A stretch of DNA of 64,000 bases from Macrostomum lignano (lineage: Eukaryota), in assembly GCA_002269645.1 (NCBI GenBank), contig NIVC01000172.1, positions 148,558 to 212,557 on the forward strand, given 5' to 3'. The position numbers were made by a program, and so were the translations under genes. The notes beneath the pieces were generated by a model. The model saw nothing but the letters and a program-made list of their open reading frames with translations, was not told the origin of the DNA and searched no databases. Positions within the stretch are counted from its first letter, which is position 1, and each line of letters starts with the position of its first letter. This document shows, piece by piece, positions 39,230 to 51,680 of the stretch.

Positions 39230-39512
39230 TGTTCTGGAGGTTCATTTTTTATCATTTTTTGGGGGTTTACTTAGTTAATTGTACATGTATTTTTTTCTTT
39301 ATTTAATGTACATGAGCCAACCCCGCTCAATTTGCTAACCCCACCCCACGTTAAATAATAATTAAAAAGGGTGTGATTTTTGGTAAGCGCGTTTTCGCTA
39401 ACTTGGTTGTTTTGTTTGCCTGCGCGAGAATGCAGAGGTATTGAAGCCTACAAGCATCCGATTTTTGCCTACTTAGTTATTTTTCGGTTTCGAAGAGTTA
39501 GTCGATTTAACA
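39230..39512 (+). repeat. 5' LTR (283 bp)
   Basis: tgttctggagg...gatttaaca, with 6 mismatches to the 3' LTR by manual comparison. Confidence 0.97.
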
Positions 39513-39514
39513 AC

Positions 39515-39532
39515 TGGTAGCAGAGCGTGGTT
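39515..39532 (+). promoter_or_regulatory. Primer-binding site complementary to initiator tRNA-Met
   Basis: TGGTAGCAGAGCGTGGTT starts 2 nt after the 5' LTR and matches the ..AACC.CGCTCTGCTACCA-type 3' end of metazoan tRNAi-Met. Confidence 0.85.
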
Positions 39533-39537
39533 GAAAA

Positions 39538-42500
39538 ATGCAAAAGGACGGAGAAGAATTCGAGTCGAACTACCCGCCAGCTGACGAGGAAGAACGCAAG
39601 CTGATGGACGCGAAGGCCGCCAAGACGAGGGCCAAGGCCGCATTCACCAAAGGAAGAAACCGGCTGGTACAACAACTCGCTGCTGGTGGTCAAGATGGCG
39701 CCGAAGTACAACAGCAAGCGACTCTCATGGAGAAGCTATTCGAGGCGGTGACAACTGAGCTGGAGAAGCTGTTGGAGCTCGCCGGAAACGACCTGCCACT
39801 GCGTCGCCAAACGATCAAGGAGCTGGAGAATGCTGAAAAGGACTACGGTGAGACTGTGGGTCTGATGACCGAGTTCTGGAAAGATCGTAGCAGAAGTGAA
39901 GCAGCTGAGAGGGAGGAACAGGATCGCTTGGCGGAGTCTGAAGGACAGCAGAGGCGTGAGGAAGAGCAGCGAAAAGTGCAAGCCGCAGAGCACAGAGCGC
40001 TGGAGTTGGAAGAGGTGCAGAGAGAGCTAGAGAGAGACTATCAACAACGGCATGAGCAGTTGGCAGAGGAGCTGAGGCGATTGAAAATTGTTACTGGCAG
40101 CACTAAGGCAGAGAGCCCGTGTGAAAGGGCTAGCCCAGGTTCAGGTTTGGCTGAACTGTCGATTGGGGCTGAGGTGGGTGTAAGCGCTGCGCCAGACAGG
40201 AGTGAAAAAGCTGATTGGACTGCCCACGAAGGGGGGTCAGGCGAGCGATCGATAAAACAAAACCCTGCACCCAGGCCAGCCACCTCACAGTCAGCCAGTG
40301 TACAGTGGCAACTCAGAGAGCCAATCGTTCAGCAGGAGTGTACACAGAGGGTGAGAGAAGAAGCGGAGAGGCAGGTCAGTCAGGACATGTGGCGGCAATT
40401 GCAGCGGGTGGCGATTCCCAGTTTCTCAGGTGATAAGCGTCAATACGAGGGGTGGAAGGCGGCCTTTTACGCGTGTGTAGATGCTGCACCCTCCTCTCGA
40501 GTGTACAAGCTATTGCAACTGAGGCAGTGTCTGCAGGGCGATGCGCTAAAGCTAATAGCCAACCTAGGGCATTCTGAATTTGCGTACAAGGCGGCTCTGG
40601 ATAGGTTGGAGAGAGAATATGGAGGAGAGCGGCGCCGGCTGGTGCAAGTGTTGGAGGACTTGGACCGTTTTCGGCCCATTGTGACGGAGAGCGCGCCTCA
40701 GTTGAAGAAGCTGGCTGATCTGGTGGATGTAGCGGTTATCAATCTGATGGAGGCGGGTCGTGAAGCTGAACTAGACAGCAATGGATTGCTTCATCTTCGC
40801 GTGCAAAAGGAATTGCCGACTGACACCCTGGCACGATACCACCGATGGGTCGGGGAGAATGGCAGAAATGACACGCTCAGCGCTCTTCATCAATGGCTGC
40901 TGCGGGAGGCTGAGTATCAGACTGTTGCTATGGAGGCAGTGCATGGAGTTGCGGCACAGAATGGGCCAGGAGCAGGGAAGATGGAGCAAAGTAAGAAATT
41001 CAGCGGGATGCAGCGCACGGAAACAGCTCGAACGCATTTTGGCGCTGTCGCGGAGTCAACGAGAGCCGATGAGCAGCGCAAGAAAAACTGCCGTGTCTGT
41101 GAAGGAAGCCATGGCGCCTGGGAGTGCCCGAAGTTTGCGGAGATGGATGTAGTGAAGCGATGGGCCGTTGCTCGTGAGAAGAAGCTGTGCTTTCATTGTC
41201 TCGGCGTCAATCACTCTGGTTTAGCTTGTCTAGAACCTGTGGCGTAGATGGTTGCCAAGGAAAACACCATCGAATGCTTCACCAGAAGCGGGAGCCGAAA
41301 CCAGCAGCTGCAGTGACGAGAGGCGGCGAAGGAGAGGCACGAAAACCCGCGGAGGACATATCAGCGGCGACGAAGAAGGAGCGCACTATGCTGGCTGAAG
41401 TCGTAAAGGAAACTGCGTTGAGGACGGTGCCGGTGATATTGGTGGCTGGTGAGCGCCAAGTTCGGATCAACGCGTTGCTTGATGATGCGAGTACGCGCAC
41501 GTACCTCAATGCGGACGTAGCAGCAGAGCTGGGACTCGAAGGTAAACTTCAGCGCATAAACGTTAAGGTGCTCAACGGAGGAGTCGAGTCGTTTGAAACA
41601 GCGCCTGTAGAGGTGACAGTCCGGAGTGTCGATGCAGCGTTTGAGACAAAAATTGTTGCTTTCACAGCGGAGAAAGTAACCGGCGGAATGAAGGCAGTTG
41701 ATTGGAGTCAACTGGCGGAGCACTGGGCGCATCTGAGAGGCATTCCGTTTGAGTCAACATCAAGCCGGAAGACGGTTGACATGCTTATCGGTGTCGACAA
41801 TGCCGAGATGCATCTGGCTTGCAAAGAAGTCTGTGGAATGCCAGGGGAACCAATAGCTCGACTGACTCCTATTGGATGGACCTGCATCGGGCAGTTAGGT
41901 TCGGATGAGGGAAGCAGCAAGAGTGGGGAATCGTTCCTCTGCCACGAGTGTCAAGATCAGGTCGACAGTCAGGTTCGAAGGTTGTGGGCGATCGAGGAAG
42001 TTCCTGATGTAGCTGAGCTGAACCGCGAAAGAGGGACGTTAACTGCGGATGAGCAGCGTGCTGTGGCGGTAGTCAAGGAGGAAGATATCAGGTAGCCATT
42101 CCATGGAAGTCTCAAAATCGTGCTCTGCCGAGCAATCGTGAAGCTGCGGAACGCAGACTGATCAGCACGGAGAAGCGACTGCAGAGGAGTGAAGGATTGC
42201 CAAAAGCGTATCAGGAGGTGTTGGAAGGCCAGTTGGAAAAAGGTTATCTCAAGAAGGTCGAAGACAGCAGTGAGCTTCAAAACACCGAATGGTACCTGCC
42301 GCATTTTCCGGTAATCAGAGAAGACAAGGACACCACCAAGGTCCGTATCGTGTTTGACGCTTCCGCGCGCTGCCAAGGAGTGAGTCTCAATGACGTCATC
42401 CTTCCAGGACCGAAGCTTCAGAACGACCTATTTCAAGTGCTCCTTCGATTCCGTCGCGGTCCAGTGGCAATCGTTTGCGACATTGAAGAGATGTACCTCA

Positions 42501-45301
42501 GAATTCGCCTCAAGCCAGAAGATCGGTGCTACTTTCGATTTTTGTGGCGAGACAGGACCGAAACGGGCAAACTTGAGGTATTCGAGTTTCAGAGTGTCGT
42601 TTTTGGAGTTAATTGTTCGCCGTTTCTTGCTCAGTTCGTGTCGCAGGAGCATGCTAGGAGTCATCAGGAAACTTTTCCAAGAGCGTCAGAAACCATTCTG
42701 AAGTCGACCTACATGGACGACAGTTTGGACTCAGTGAACAGCGTCCATGAAGCTATCCAGTTGCGCCGCGAACTGACAGCTCTGTGGGAAAAAGCCGGCA
42801 TGCGTGCGAGAAAATGGATGTCGAACGCGTCTGAGGTGTTGGAGACAGTAGCTCCGGAGGATCGAGCGGTGAAAGCGCAGCACGTGCTTCGTGGAGAAAT
42901 GGCGACGTCGAAGGCGTTGGCAGTGACTTGGACAGCCAATGATGATATGCTCGCGATCACGGGAAATGCAGGTGCGAAGGAAGTGTCCGTTGAGTCGAAA
43001 CGACAGCTGCTCAAGCGCGTTGCGATGGTGTTCGACCCATGCGGGTTTCTGAGTCCATTTACAATTCGCGGGCGAATTCTTCTGCAGGAGATTTGGCAGA
43101 ATGGAGCGGATTGGGATGAGCCCTTGGATCAGCAAGTTGCCGCGAAGGCTACGCAATGGGCAGCGGAGATTGAAGAGTTGAGCATGCTGAAAATTCCACG
43201 ATGTTTATGGCCTGATCCTACTAAAAAGGCAGTGCTACACGTCTTTGTGGATGCATCTCAGGTGGCTTACGGCGCGGTAATCTATCTCAGGAGCGCCACA
43301 AGCCTGGACGAAATCTGTGTTCGTCTTGTAGCCGCAAAAGCACGTGTAGCTCCATTGGCAGCATGCAGCATCCCCAGACTCGAGCTCATGGCGGCGGTGC
43401 TTGGCGTGCGACTCGCCCAGACGGTGGCAGATGCGCTCGATTTAGACCTGAGAGAGTCGGTGTTCTGGAGTGACAGTGCAAATGTGCTCTGGTGGCTTCG
43501 AGGTCGCAGTAGAATTTTCAAGCCGTTCGTAGCAAATCGTGTTGCGTTCATTCAGGAGGCGGTGAAGACTTGTCAGTGGCGTCACGTGCCGACCGATCTG
43601 AACCCCGCTGATGCCGTATCGCGAGGCTGTAGCGCCAAAGACCTTTGCCAATCAGCGGTCTGGAGCGCGGGACCAGAGTTTCTGCTGCTAGATGAGGATG
43701 GCTGGCCGGCAAGGCTAGTTCCGACATCGGTTGACGGAGATCAAGAAGTTCGGCGAGAGGCGAGCAAGAGTAGTAAATCGGCGGCCGTAACTCTGTTGTC
43801 GAACGACACCACAGACAACGATTGGCGTTTGTATCCAGAGCGATTTTCGAGCTACCGCAGGCTGCGTAGCGTGACAGCATGGGTTCAGCGCTTCATCAGT
43901 AATTGCCGACTTCCGCGAGATGAGAGGCGACTTGGTGATCTCGAGGTCGAGGAGCTGCAAGAAACTGAGGATCGAATCCTACGTGTGGCTCAAGAAGAAG
44001 CTTTCAAAGCAGAAGTTCAGCAGGTGCGTAAGGGAAGGCCAGTCTTCTCCAGCAGTCAGCTTCGCTGTCTCCAACCATTTCTTGATGAAGACGGACTGCT
44101 GCGAGTGGACGGAAGACTGAAGTTCGACCAGAATCTGTCATATCAGTCCAAGCATCCGGTCATTCTGCCGAGGCGAAGTTGGGTCACGAAGTTGTTGGTG
44201 AAGCACTATCACGAAGATCAAGGACATGGCGGAACAAACCAGACGCTGGCAGCGATGTCGACGAAGTTTTGGGTGATCGGTGGGCGCGAAGCCATTCGAG
44301 AATGGGAGAAGGAGTGCGCGCGATGCAGAAGGCAGAAAGCAGGACCGGAGGTGCAGCAGATGGCGCCGCTGCCAGAGGCCAGGCTGAAGAATTCGCTCCG
44401 AGCGTTCAGCTTTGTGGCAGTCGACTTCGGTGGTCCGTTTGAAACGGTACAAGGGCGCGGAAGACGGCGAACGAAGAGGTATTTGGCCCTGTTCACCTGT
44501 TTGGAGACGAGAGCCGTGCACCTGGAAATGGCGTACAGCTTGGATTCTGACTCATTTCTGAATGCTTTCGCGCGCATGATCAACCGTAGAGGCCGGCCAC
44601 TCGAAGTTTACTCCGATAACGGCGGCAACTTTTTCAAAGGCGAGCGAGAACTACGAGAATTCGAAAACGAGCAGCAGAACAAAATCCAGAGAGCGGCAGC
44701 TGAGCGCGGCATCAAGTGTCACTTCCAGCCTCCGTCGGCGCCCCATTTCGGCGGCGCCCACGAAGTTATGGTTCGCGCCGCTAAGCGAGCTGTGCGCGCC
44801 ATCCTTAGCAACGCTGACATCACCGACGAAGAGCTGCATTCCGCCTTCACAGGTGCGGAAGCGCTCATCAATTCCAGGCCGTTGACATACCAAACCACAA
44901 GCCCAAAGGACGACACGCCGTTGACGCCAAACCATTTCTTGCATGGACAGCTGGGTGGTGACTTTGCTACGGAAGTCTCGACCGAGGTCAGCCGCGACCC
45001 GCGCCGGCGGTGGCGACGTGTCCAAGAGTTGGTGCGGCACTTCTGTCACCGATGGCTGCGTGAGTGGGTGCCAAGACTCAACGCCAGATCCAAGTGGGTC
45101 AAGGAGCAGCCAGATCTCGCCGTCGGCGACATCGTCTTGGCACTACGAGCGGATGCGCCTCGAGGACACTGGCCGCTCGGGCGAGTTCTCGAGGTATTTC
45201 CTGGACGAGACGGCCATGTGCGCGTGGCCAAGGTGCGAACTGGCGGTGGAACAGTGCTGCGACCCGTGACGAAGTTGTGTGTGCTGCAGCGAGGTGAATA
45301 G
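39538..45301 (+). pseudogene. BEL/Pao gag-pol polyprotein split by two frameshifts (about 41230 and about 42085)
   Basis: Gag has three Cys/His knuckles (CRVCEGSHGAWEC; CFHCLGVNHSGLAC; CGVDGCQGKHHRMLH). Protease LLDDAST; RT WYLPHFPV..KVRIVFDAS, DIEEMY, YMDD; RNase H FVDASQVAYG, IPRLEL, WSDS; integrase H..H/C..C, VDFGGP, SDNGGNF, GGAHE; C-terminal WPLGRV..GRDG.VR. Confidence 0.95.
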
Positions 45302-45897
45302 TGACTGTTGACTTATTGCTAAACAAAACTTTTCAAATATGTAGTTTTTTGACGGCTAGTTTATGGTGTTTGGAATTATTTATCTTTTTCGTGTCATTAT
45401 TTGCCGTTTTTTGCTCCTAATAGCTGAAGTGGTGATGGATTGCTTATTTTTGCGTATTTTGTGTTTTTTTTTCTTTTTGAGTAAAAAGACTTGTTGCTTG
45501 CTTGAATGCGAGTTCTTTTGGCAGATTTTGTGTTTTGATTTTTTCATATGTTTACAGTAGGGATTATTTAAGTTTTCAAGACATTTTTTATCCCGTGTTA
45601 TTTCACTAATTATCGTTTGAGCGTCTTTGAGTTCGTTTGTGTTCGTTTCTTAGCAGAGATTTTTTGTGTTGGCTAGCCATTGCAAAGGTTTATATTTGGC
45701 ACCCTAGCTTTTGATCCCAATTGACACTTCACATTGCATGCGTTCTTTATGTTAATTTCTGATTTCGCGCGATTTATTTTTTTGTTTACAGGAGTTTACT
45801 GTTTTTTTCGAATTATGCTTGCAACCGTTTCAATTAATTGCACGTAAGTTTCAAGGAGGCAATTTTTTTTCTGCTTTTTGCTGATTGGAACCAATCA

Positions 45898-46192
45898 GGA
45901 AGGGGGGAATGTTCTGGAGGTTCATTTTTTATCATTTTTTGGGGGTTTACTTAGTTAATTGTACATGTATTTTTTTCTTTATTTAATGTACATGAGCCAA
46001 CCCCGCTCAATTTGCTAACCCAACCCCACGTTAAATAATAATTAAAAAGGGTGTGATTTTTGGTAAGCGCGTTTTTGCTAACTTGTTTGATTTGTTTGCC
46101 TGCGCGAGAACGCAGAGGTATTGAAGGCTACAAGCATCCGATTTTTGCCTACTTAGTTATTTTTCGGTTTCGAAGAGTTAGTCGATTTAACA
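45898..46192 (+). repeat. Polypurine tract and 3' LTR (45910-46192)
   Basis: A purine run (..GGAAGGGGGGAA) lies immediately before TGTTCTGG; the LTR is 283 bp. Confidence 0.95.
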
Positions 46193-47111
46193 ATGCCAAG
46201 CCTCTATGTTTACCAATTTTTCTATGCCAATGGTATATACTAGATCCCTTTGTATGCCAGAAAATTCTGGCATATATATATGCAATCTAGAGTCTAGACT
46301 TGGTATACCCAAAATTTAGAATTTGTTATGGGCCTAAGCCTATTGATAATATACTTGCTTTTGTGGCTACTATTTTGATTTTTATTCTTTTTATAGAATT
46401 TTATATATTTCTATTTATAATAAGTTAGTATTTAGGAGCCTATTATAATGTTAATAAACTAATGATAATTAACTTACATTACTTTTAAGTCTTGCTAGCT
46501 ATAGGTATATGTACAAGTAAATATCTGAGTATGCATCTATTAATATATATTACAAGCTATATAATGGTTCATTATATCCAAGTTTATTAAAGTGGAATTC
46601 TTGCATTGTATATTTGCCTTAGATTATAGAAAGAATTATACTAAAATGCAAGGTTATTAGCTTATTTTAAAAAGCATTATTTCTGCATAATCAATGTGTA
46701 TATAACCATATAAGCTCTTCATGTAGGCCCTAAGTAACTGACTTTGTTGTTGTATACTTTAAATTGTTAAATGTTCTATTTGCAACATTAGCTACTAACA
46801 TCAAGCCATCCATTTTTAGAGCCAAGTATCTCAAAGATCACCTGGGTCCCTTTTTATGCTTCTTTTTTCCTGTTCTTGTTCTCCTTCTATCCTCTCCCTT
46901 TGTCTTCTTTTACTTCCTTTCCCCTTTACCTCTTCATGCCTATGGAGCACCACATTGGTGCCATTTGTCTTTGACCATTTTCATGGTGAAGCGCAAATAA
47001 TAATAATGGTAAACAATAAAATGTCCATTTGTTTATTTATGCTCTTGTTTTGAGAGTTAATCTTACTCATAGAAGCTGCCTAAAGCTTTCTTTATATAGC
47101 CATATCTGCTG

Positions 47112-50100
47112 ATGATTTCAGCAATGTGGCAACAGCCCAAAGATTTTTCTGGGACTGGTCAGTATCAGCGACAGCAGCAGCCTGTGCCTCTTAGGCACCA
47201 GGACTTGCAGCAGAGGCAACAGCAAAGCTGGCCAAACCATCAGTCCAACTGTCCACAGCAGCAGCAGCAGCCTCTACTGCAAGCAATGCCACAGCAAATG
47301 CAATTCAACCAGGCCCCGCAATTCCAGCAGAGAAATCAGCTTCTTCAGCCTAGCTATCAAGCAATCCAGCCGCAGCAGCAGCAGCCTGAACAGTTGTCAA
47401 CGCAATACTTCGAAAATGAAGAGTATTTCGAGCACTTACTTCAGCCAGAGTCAGTTCAGCATCAGTTTCAAGCACAAATGCCTCAGCAGCAGCAGTATCA
47501 GCAACAGCAGCCAGCTCTGCAGACAGATTGGCTGGCCCAGCACTCATCCATGCAGCAGCAGCAGCCAGTATTTTATGCGGTCAACAACAACGCACAAGAT
47601 GGCTTTCGAATGCCAGCGCCGCAACCGCCGCCACAACAGCCCCTGCTGCTGCTGCCACCGCAGCAACCTACAACTGCGGCTCCTGCTGCAGCTCAGCCAC
47701 ATGCTGCTCCACTGCCAAAACCGTCGGGCCAGGTCAACTCAGCCTCAACGTCTGTTGTTAAAGTTGAAAACGGTGGCCAGTCAAATGAAGTAGCCAAGAG
47801 ATCGGAACAACCGCCTCAAATGCCAAGGCCGGTGCGCCCGCCGCCACCGCAGATGACGCCCAGTGCGGATCAGATGCTGCAGAATAGGGGCCAGGTAGGT
47901 CGACGTCGCGAATAACTTTGCAGCTTAAAGTAGAATGAACCACTCGATTTTTTTGTTTAAAGAATAAAGCTTTTTTCTGGATTTTTCTGTCTGTAAGGAT
48001 TAACTTTAAAAGCAAGGTTTCGAAGAATTTAGAAAATGCAAAAAATGTAGCTGGTCTCAGTTCCAAGCATTCGGGAACACAAAAGCACAACATATCAATG
48101 GGGTTTTGATGTGAACTAACTGCCCCATCGTTGTACACGGTCATCTTGTGGGTCATCTGCCGTGGCGACAGACGATTCATGAGGCGAAGGCGTCATGCGT
48201 CATCAGTTTGGTGTCCTGGGTAAGGGCGACATCTATGCTGAGGTGGTTGAACACGTCGGCAAGTTCGGGCAGCTTTGGCCCAATGGAGAACGTAGTCGGC
48301 CGCTGGCGGCTGGGGCCTGCGGAGGCGGAGTAGTGGTCGGGCATCTGGCGGCACGGGCGCACCAGTTGCACCGCCAGTCGCTGGTGTCCGCTTCCCTAGG
48401 GCGAACACGGGGGAAGCCTGTGCATTTCTTGTGAGCCGGCTCTCTGCAATGGGGTCACCGCGACAGAGGAAGTCGGCAGCTTCCACCCGGCCGACGTCAG
48501 TGATCGGCAACGTCTAGATCGATCGTATTGGCCGGGGTAGCAGCTGGCAGACGACTTTCAGATCGCTGGAATGCGGTTCTGTTGCAGTGAACTCACGCAG
48601 CGGGCGGCAGGTGGTCTTGACAACGCCAGGTATCAGTGGACTGGGATTGGAGTAAGCTGCTGCATGAGTGTTAGTAGTGGCAGACGGCCACAGGGGGTAA
48701 AGCAGATAGGGGGGGGGTTGGATTTCACTTCGCCAGCAAGGACGAGGCGGAGACGCACCACAGGGGCTGATCAGAGTGAGTACTGAGAGCGATAAAAAAG
48801 GCACTAGGTGCACCCACTGGTGGCCCGAGTCATGGACTCGAGGACTAGGTGGGGGTTCTGTACGAAGCATTCGTTTGCGGCCAGGGTTGGTCGTGACCAC
48901 GAGCTGCTGCGGCAACATTGAATATACGCCCTGTGCCTCGGTGACAATCTTTTCTCGTGACATCACAAGGTTGCCAGATCGAATAAATAATGATTGTTGG
49001 AGCCAAATGAAGTCTTGCATTGCAACCGTCATCATAACTCATCTTTACTCCGTAACTCCGTAGAGGCTAATCGTTAGGCTTCAACACGACTGGAATGGTA
49101 ATTAAAACAGTTCATGTAAATCGAGTTAGTTTGTTTCTAGTTCGGATGCAGCAATATAAACCATGTTTTACTGAAATTTTATCCACATAAAATGAAGACA
49201 AAGATGTAGGCAGTGGCGACAGTAAAAGCAGACGAATCAGGGCCGTGACAGTAAGCGATTTATTTAAAATAACGTGTCAAATAATAAATAATAAATTTTT
49301 GAACGCCCGTACGAAAGGAAAAATAAAAAAGGCAGGAAGTATTTATTTGAAGACGTTTTTTAAAGAGCCATGCTCCACCTAACTAAGAACAGCCCACCAG
49401 CGAGAGGTTGCACTCCAGCCCTTAAATCGCATACTTACATTGCTGATTTAAATTGCTTCAAATTCTACCTTTGAATCGTTGACGATTGACAGAAAAAAAT
49501 CAGATTTAAAATTTGATACACATTTATTATTGCAACATTCCTAAGGTAATGCTGGCACTACGGCCCAGCCAAGCCATGGGGGTGGCCAACCGCCTGCCCG
49601 CCGATCAGCCGGCCCTGTTTGAGCTGGTCGGCTGCCTGACCGGACCGGCTAAGCCGCTGCGATGGCGGAACATCATCTCTGACAGCAGCTTACCAGTGGC
49701 CGATAATAATAATAACAACAAAACCAGCGTAGGCGAGTGGGATTTCTTCCTTCGCGACTCGATTGGCGGAGGCGAACCGTTGCGCTGCGTCTACTTTGAG
49801 ATGGACGAGACGGAAGACGACAATCAAGTGAGAATGTTGATTAGATGCCATGTATTTGACTACTGTCTATTCACTAGTAATATCTGAGTCATTGCATATG
49901 GCTATTTCGTATACAACTTTTGTATATATGACAGAGGAAGAGGGAATAGAGTAGAGAAGAAGACAGAGAAGAGGAGTGGAAAGAAGAGAGATGAGAAAAG
50001 ACAACCCCTGAGCGGGCCGTGGATTGCTTTTGTGAAGTTTCAAAGGACCCGATGGCCGGATAAAGAGGCATCGCGGGCCGGAGTTTGCCCACACCTGGCA

Positions 50101-50439
50101 TACACAGATTGTACTCGGTAGTTTTCATATCTATTAATGGGTGTTACATATAATTTGACGTCATTCTCTGGCCAGTTTATTTTTTTAGTATCAAAGAGCA
50201 GTAGATCAGAGAAAGCTTCTCATCTGCAATCTGATTTGTTTGTCAACCAGGCCAGGCAGCTGCTTCTTCAAAAGCAGGCGCAGCCGCAGACTGTCAGATG
50301 CGTTGGACAGATTTGCCTCAGCCAGACCTGGTTCCAGTGCTATTCTGTTCGGGTATGTTCTCAAAACGAGACTGGCCAGCACGCTCTATGTCGTCGAAAA
50401 TGCGAAACAGACTGGTGGAAGCTGTTCCAACAGGACTGA
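47112..50439 (+). CDS. SPATA22: SPATA22-like meiotic OB-fold protein with a long Gln/Pro-rich N-terminus, about 440 aa, 3 exons
   Basis: Exons 47112 (or ATG 47124)-47894, 49546-49827 and 50176 (alternative acceptor 50197)-50439 are all phase 0. C-terminal motifs LFELVGCL, FFLRD..LRCVYFEMD and VRCVG..FQCYSVR..E parallel the SPATA22 OB fold as recalled (LFEVLAVL, FLMRD..LPCVFYEID, HRCVG..FQCVSVRP). Confidence 0.7.
48100..48510 (-). mobile_element. Decayed LINE 5' fragment (PHD finger followed by the APE endonuclease N-terminus), antisense in intron 1 of the SPATA22-like gene
   Basis: The minus strand reads (G>C)GSC..(*>C)PHCREPAHKKC..DWRCNWC, a C4HC3 pattern with two point mutations, then LHW..KLPELADVFNHLSIDVALTQDTKL. 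Confidence 0.7.
50010..50097. mobile_element. Solitary hAT-type terminal fragment
   Basis: ..cgcgggccggagtttgcccacacctg is the reverse complement of a CAGG.GTGGGCAAACT..GGCCCGCG hAT-type end. Confidence 0.5.
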
Positions 50440-50939
50440 CGAGAATTCTTTGCCTGGTATTGCACGTTGTTGTGGTAAAAGTTAGCACTGATATTTAAAG
50501 TTTCCGCAAGATAAATTAGCAACCGAGTGGTCAAATTTATAAAGTTTAATTGCTAGATAAGTAGTTCTTTTTTTACTTCTTCCACTTTGCTTTATTTTTT
50601 TCTCAGCATTTCGTTATCTGTTGTGTTTTTATCCAGCCATATAGTTTTCCATCTTTTTGTTTTTTTCATAGTTGCATTTTGTGGAATTTATCCCAATCAA
50701 TAAGCTTTTGTTGGTTTTTTGTGGCATTTGATGGTTTTCTTTGTTTTGTTTTGTTTTTTAAACATATACACGCAAATAAACAGTATCGTTACTGTTTCAT
50801 AATTTAAAAAGATTGTGCGAGTATTATCGTTTATTTCTTATTTAATCGAGTTTGGGAAGCATAAGTGTTTTAATTTCTTGGATGTGAGCCTGCTTTTGCT
50901 TAGAACTTATCCATTTTGTAAATTGAATATAGAAGGACC

Positions 50940-51030
50940 GGGAACACGAGAATTGCCCGCCGAGCTTTGCCCGCATTTTTTCCTTGCAATTTTCCCCCGA
51001 GCGAATTACCCGCTGAGTTTTTCCCAAGGC
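50940..51030. mobile_element. One-ended copy of the MULE-type TIR family seen at 55644-55973
   Basis: gggaacacgagaattgcccgccgag.tttgcccgca matches the 55.6-kb MITE terminus. Confidence 0.65.
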
Positions 51031-51039
51031 GCCTAGTCT

Positions 51040-51680
51040 GACTCAATAGATGACGTTCCAGGAACGCAGCCACTTCAAGTTGGTCCAGAGACCCAGAAGA
51101 CACAGCTCCCTCTGATTGGCGGAGCAGCTGAACAGATAGGTGACGTTTTGGGGGTTCCAGGCCACAGTCTACGCTGTCCGTAACGGACAGCGCCGAGAAA
51201 AGCGTGAAAACGCCGTGAAAACGTTGATTCTTGCTTGAAAGTCGCGGAACAGCGAGCAAAAGCTTGAGCGCAGCTCTGCCAGGATGCACCGTATGCGGCG
51301 GGGGAGCTGTCTCGTAGCAATGGATCTCCGGCCGGTCTCCAATGATGCGATTGAGGCAGCCTATTAAGCGTGTCCTGGACCAGTCCGCGTTTAAATGTTC
51401 CGCGGTGAAAATGGCGGTCTTCATGAGCCTGTGTGGCGGCGGCAGAGCTGACAGGTGGTGACACGGATGCTCAGGACACCGGGTCAGGAGCTTGAACCGG
51501 AGCAACAGGAGGCGATAGCTTGTAGTGCTGGCGGACGGGGAGCAGCCGGACCTTACAGTGGAGGTCCGCTTCAGGCGTTAAAGCAGTGCAGTCGTTGATG
51601 CAACGGATGGCCGCGTTCTGGACACTGCAGCTGAGTCCAGGAGGTCTGGAAGATGATGGGGCCCCAGGCATAGGCGTGTC
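51040..51680 (-). mobile_element. Decayed LINE 3' fragment (post-RT C-terminal region)
   Basis: VQNAAIRCI..CT.LTP..LH..V.LLPV..H and a terminal LDQLEVAAFL motif, broken across frames. Confidence 0.7.

Larger units (their letters stand above)
39230..46192 (+). mobile_element. Full-length BEL/Pao LTR retrotransposon (6963 bp), 5-bp TSD ATGCC
   Basis: 283-bp TG...CA LTRs at both ends; TSD at 39225-29 and 46193-97; PBS and PPT present; gag-PR-RT-RH-IN order with Pao-type motifs. Confidence 0.97.

Noticed and set aside
39469-45326. Many short antisense and alternate-frame ORFs within the retrotransposon
   Set aside because: These are shadow ORFs of GC-rich gag-pol with no independent motifs.
45302-45897. 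Possible env-like third ORF in the BEL/Pao element
   Set aside because: The region is T-rich and low-complexity; the 65-aa ORF has no envelope features.
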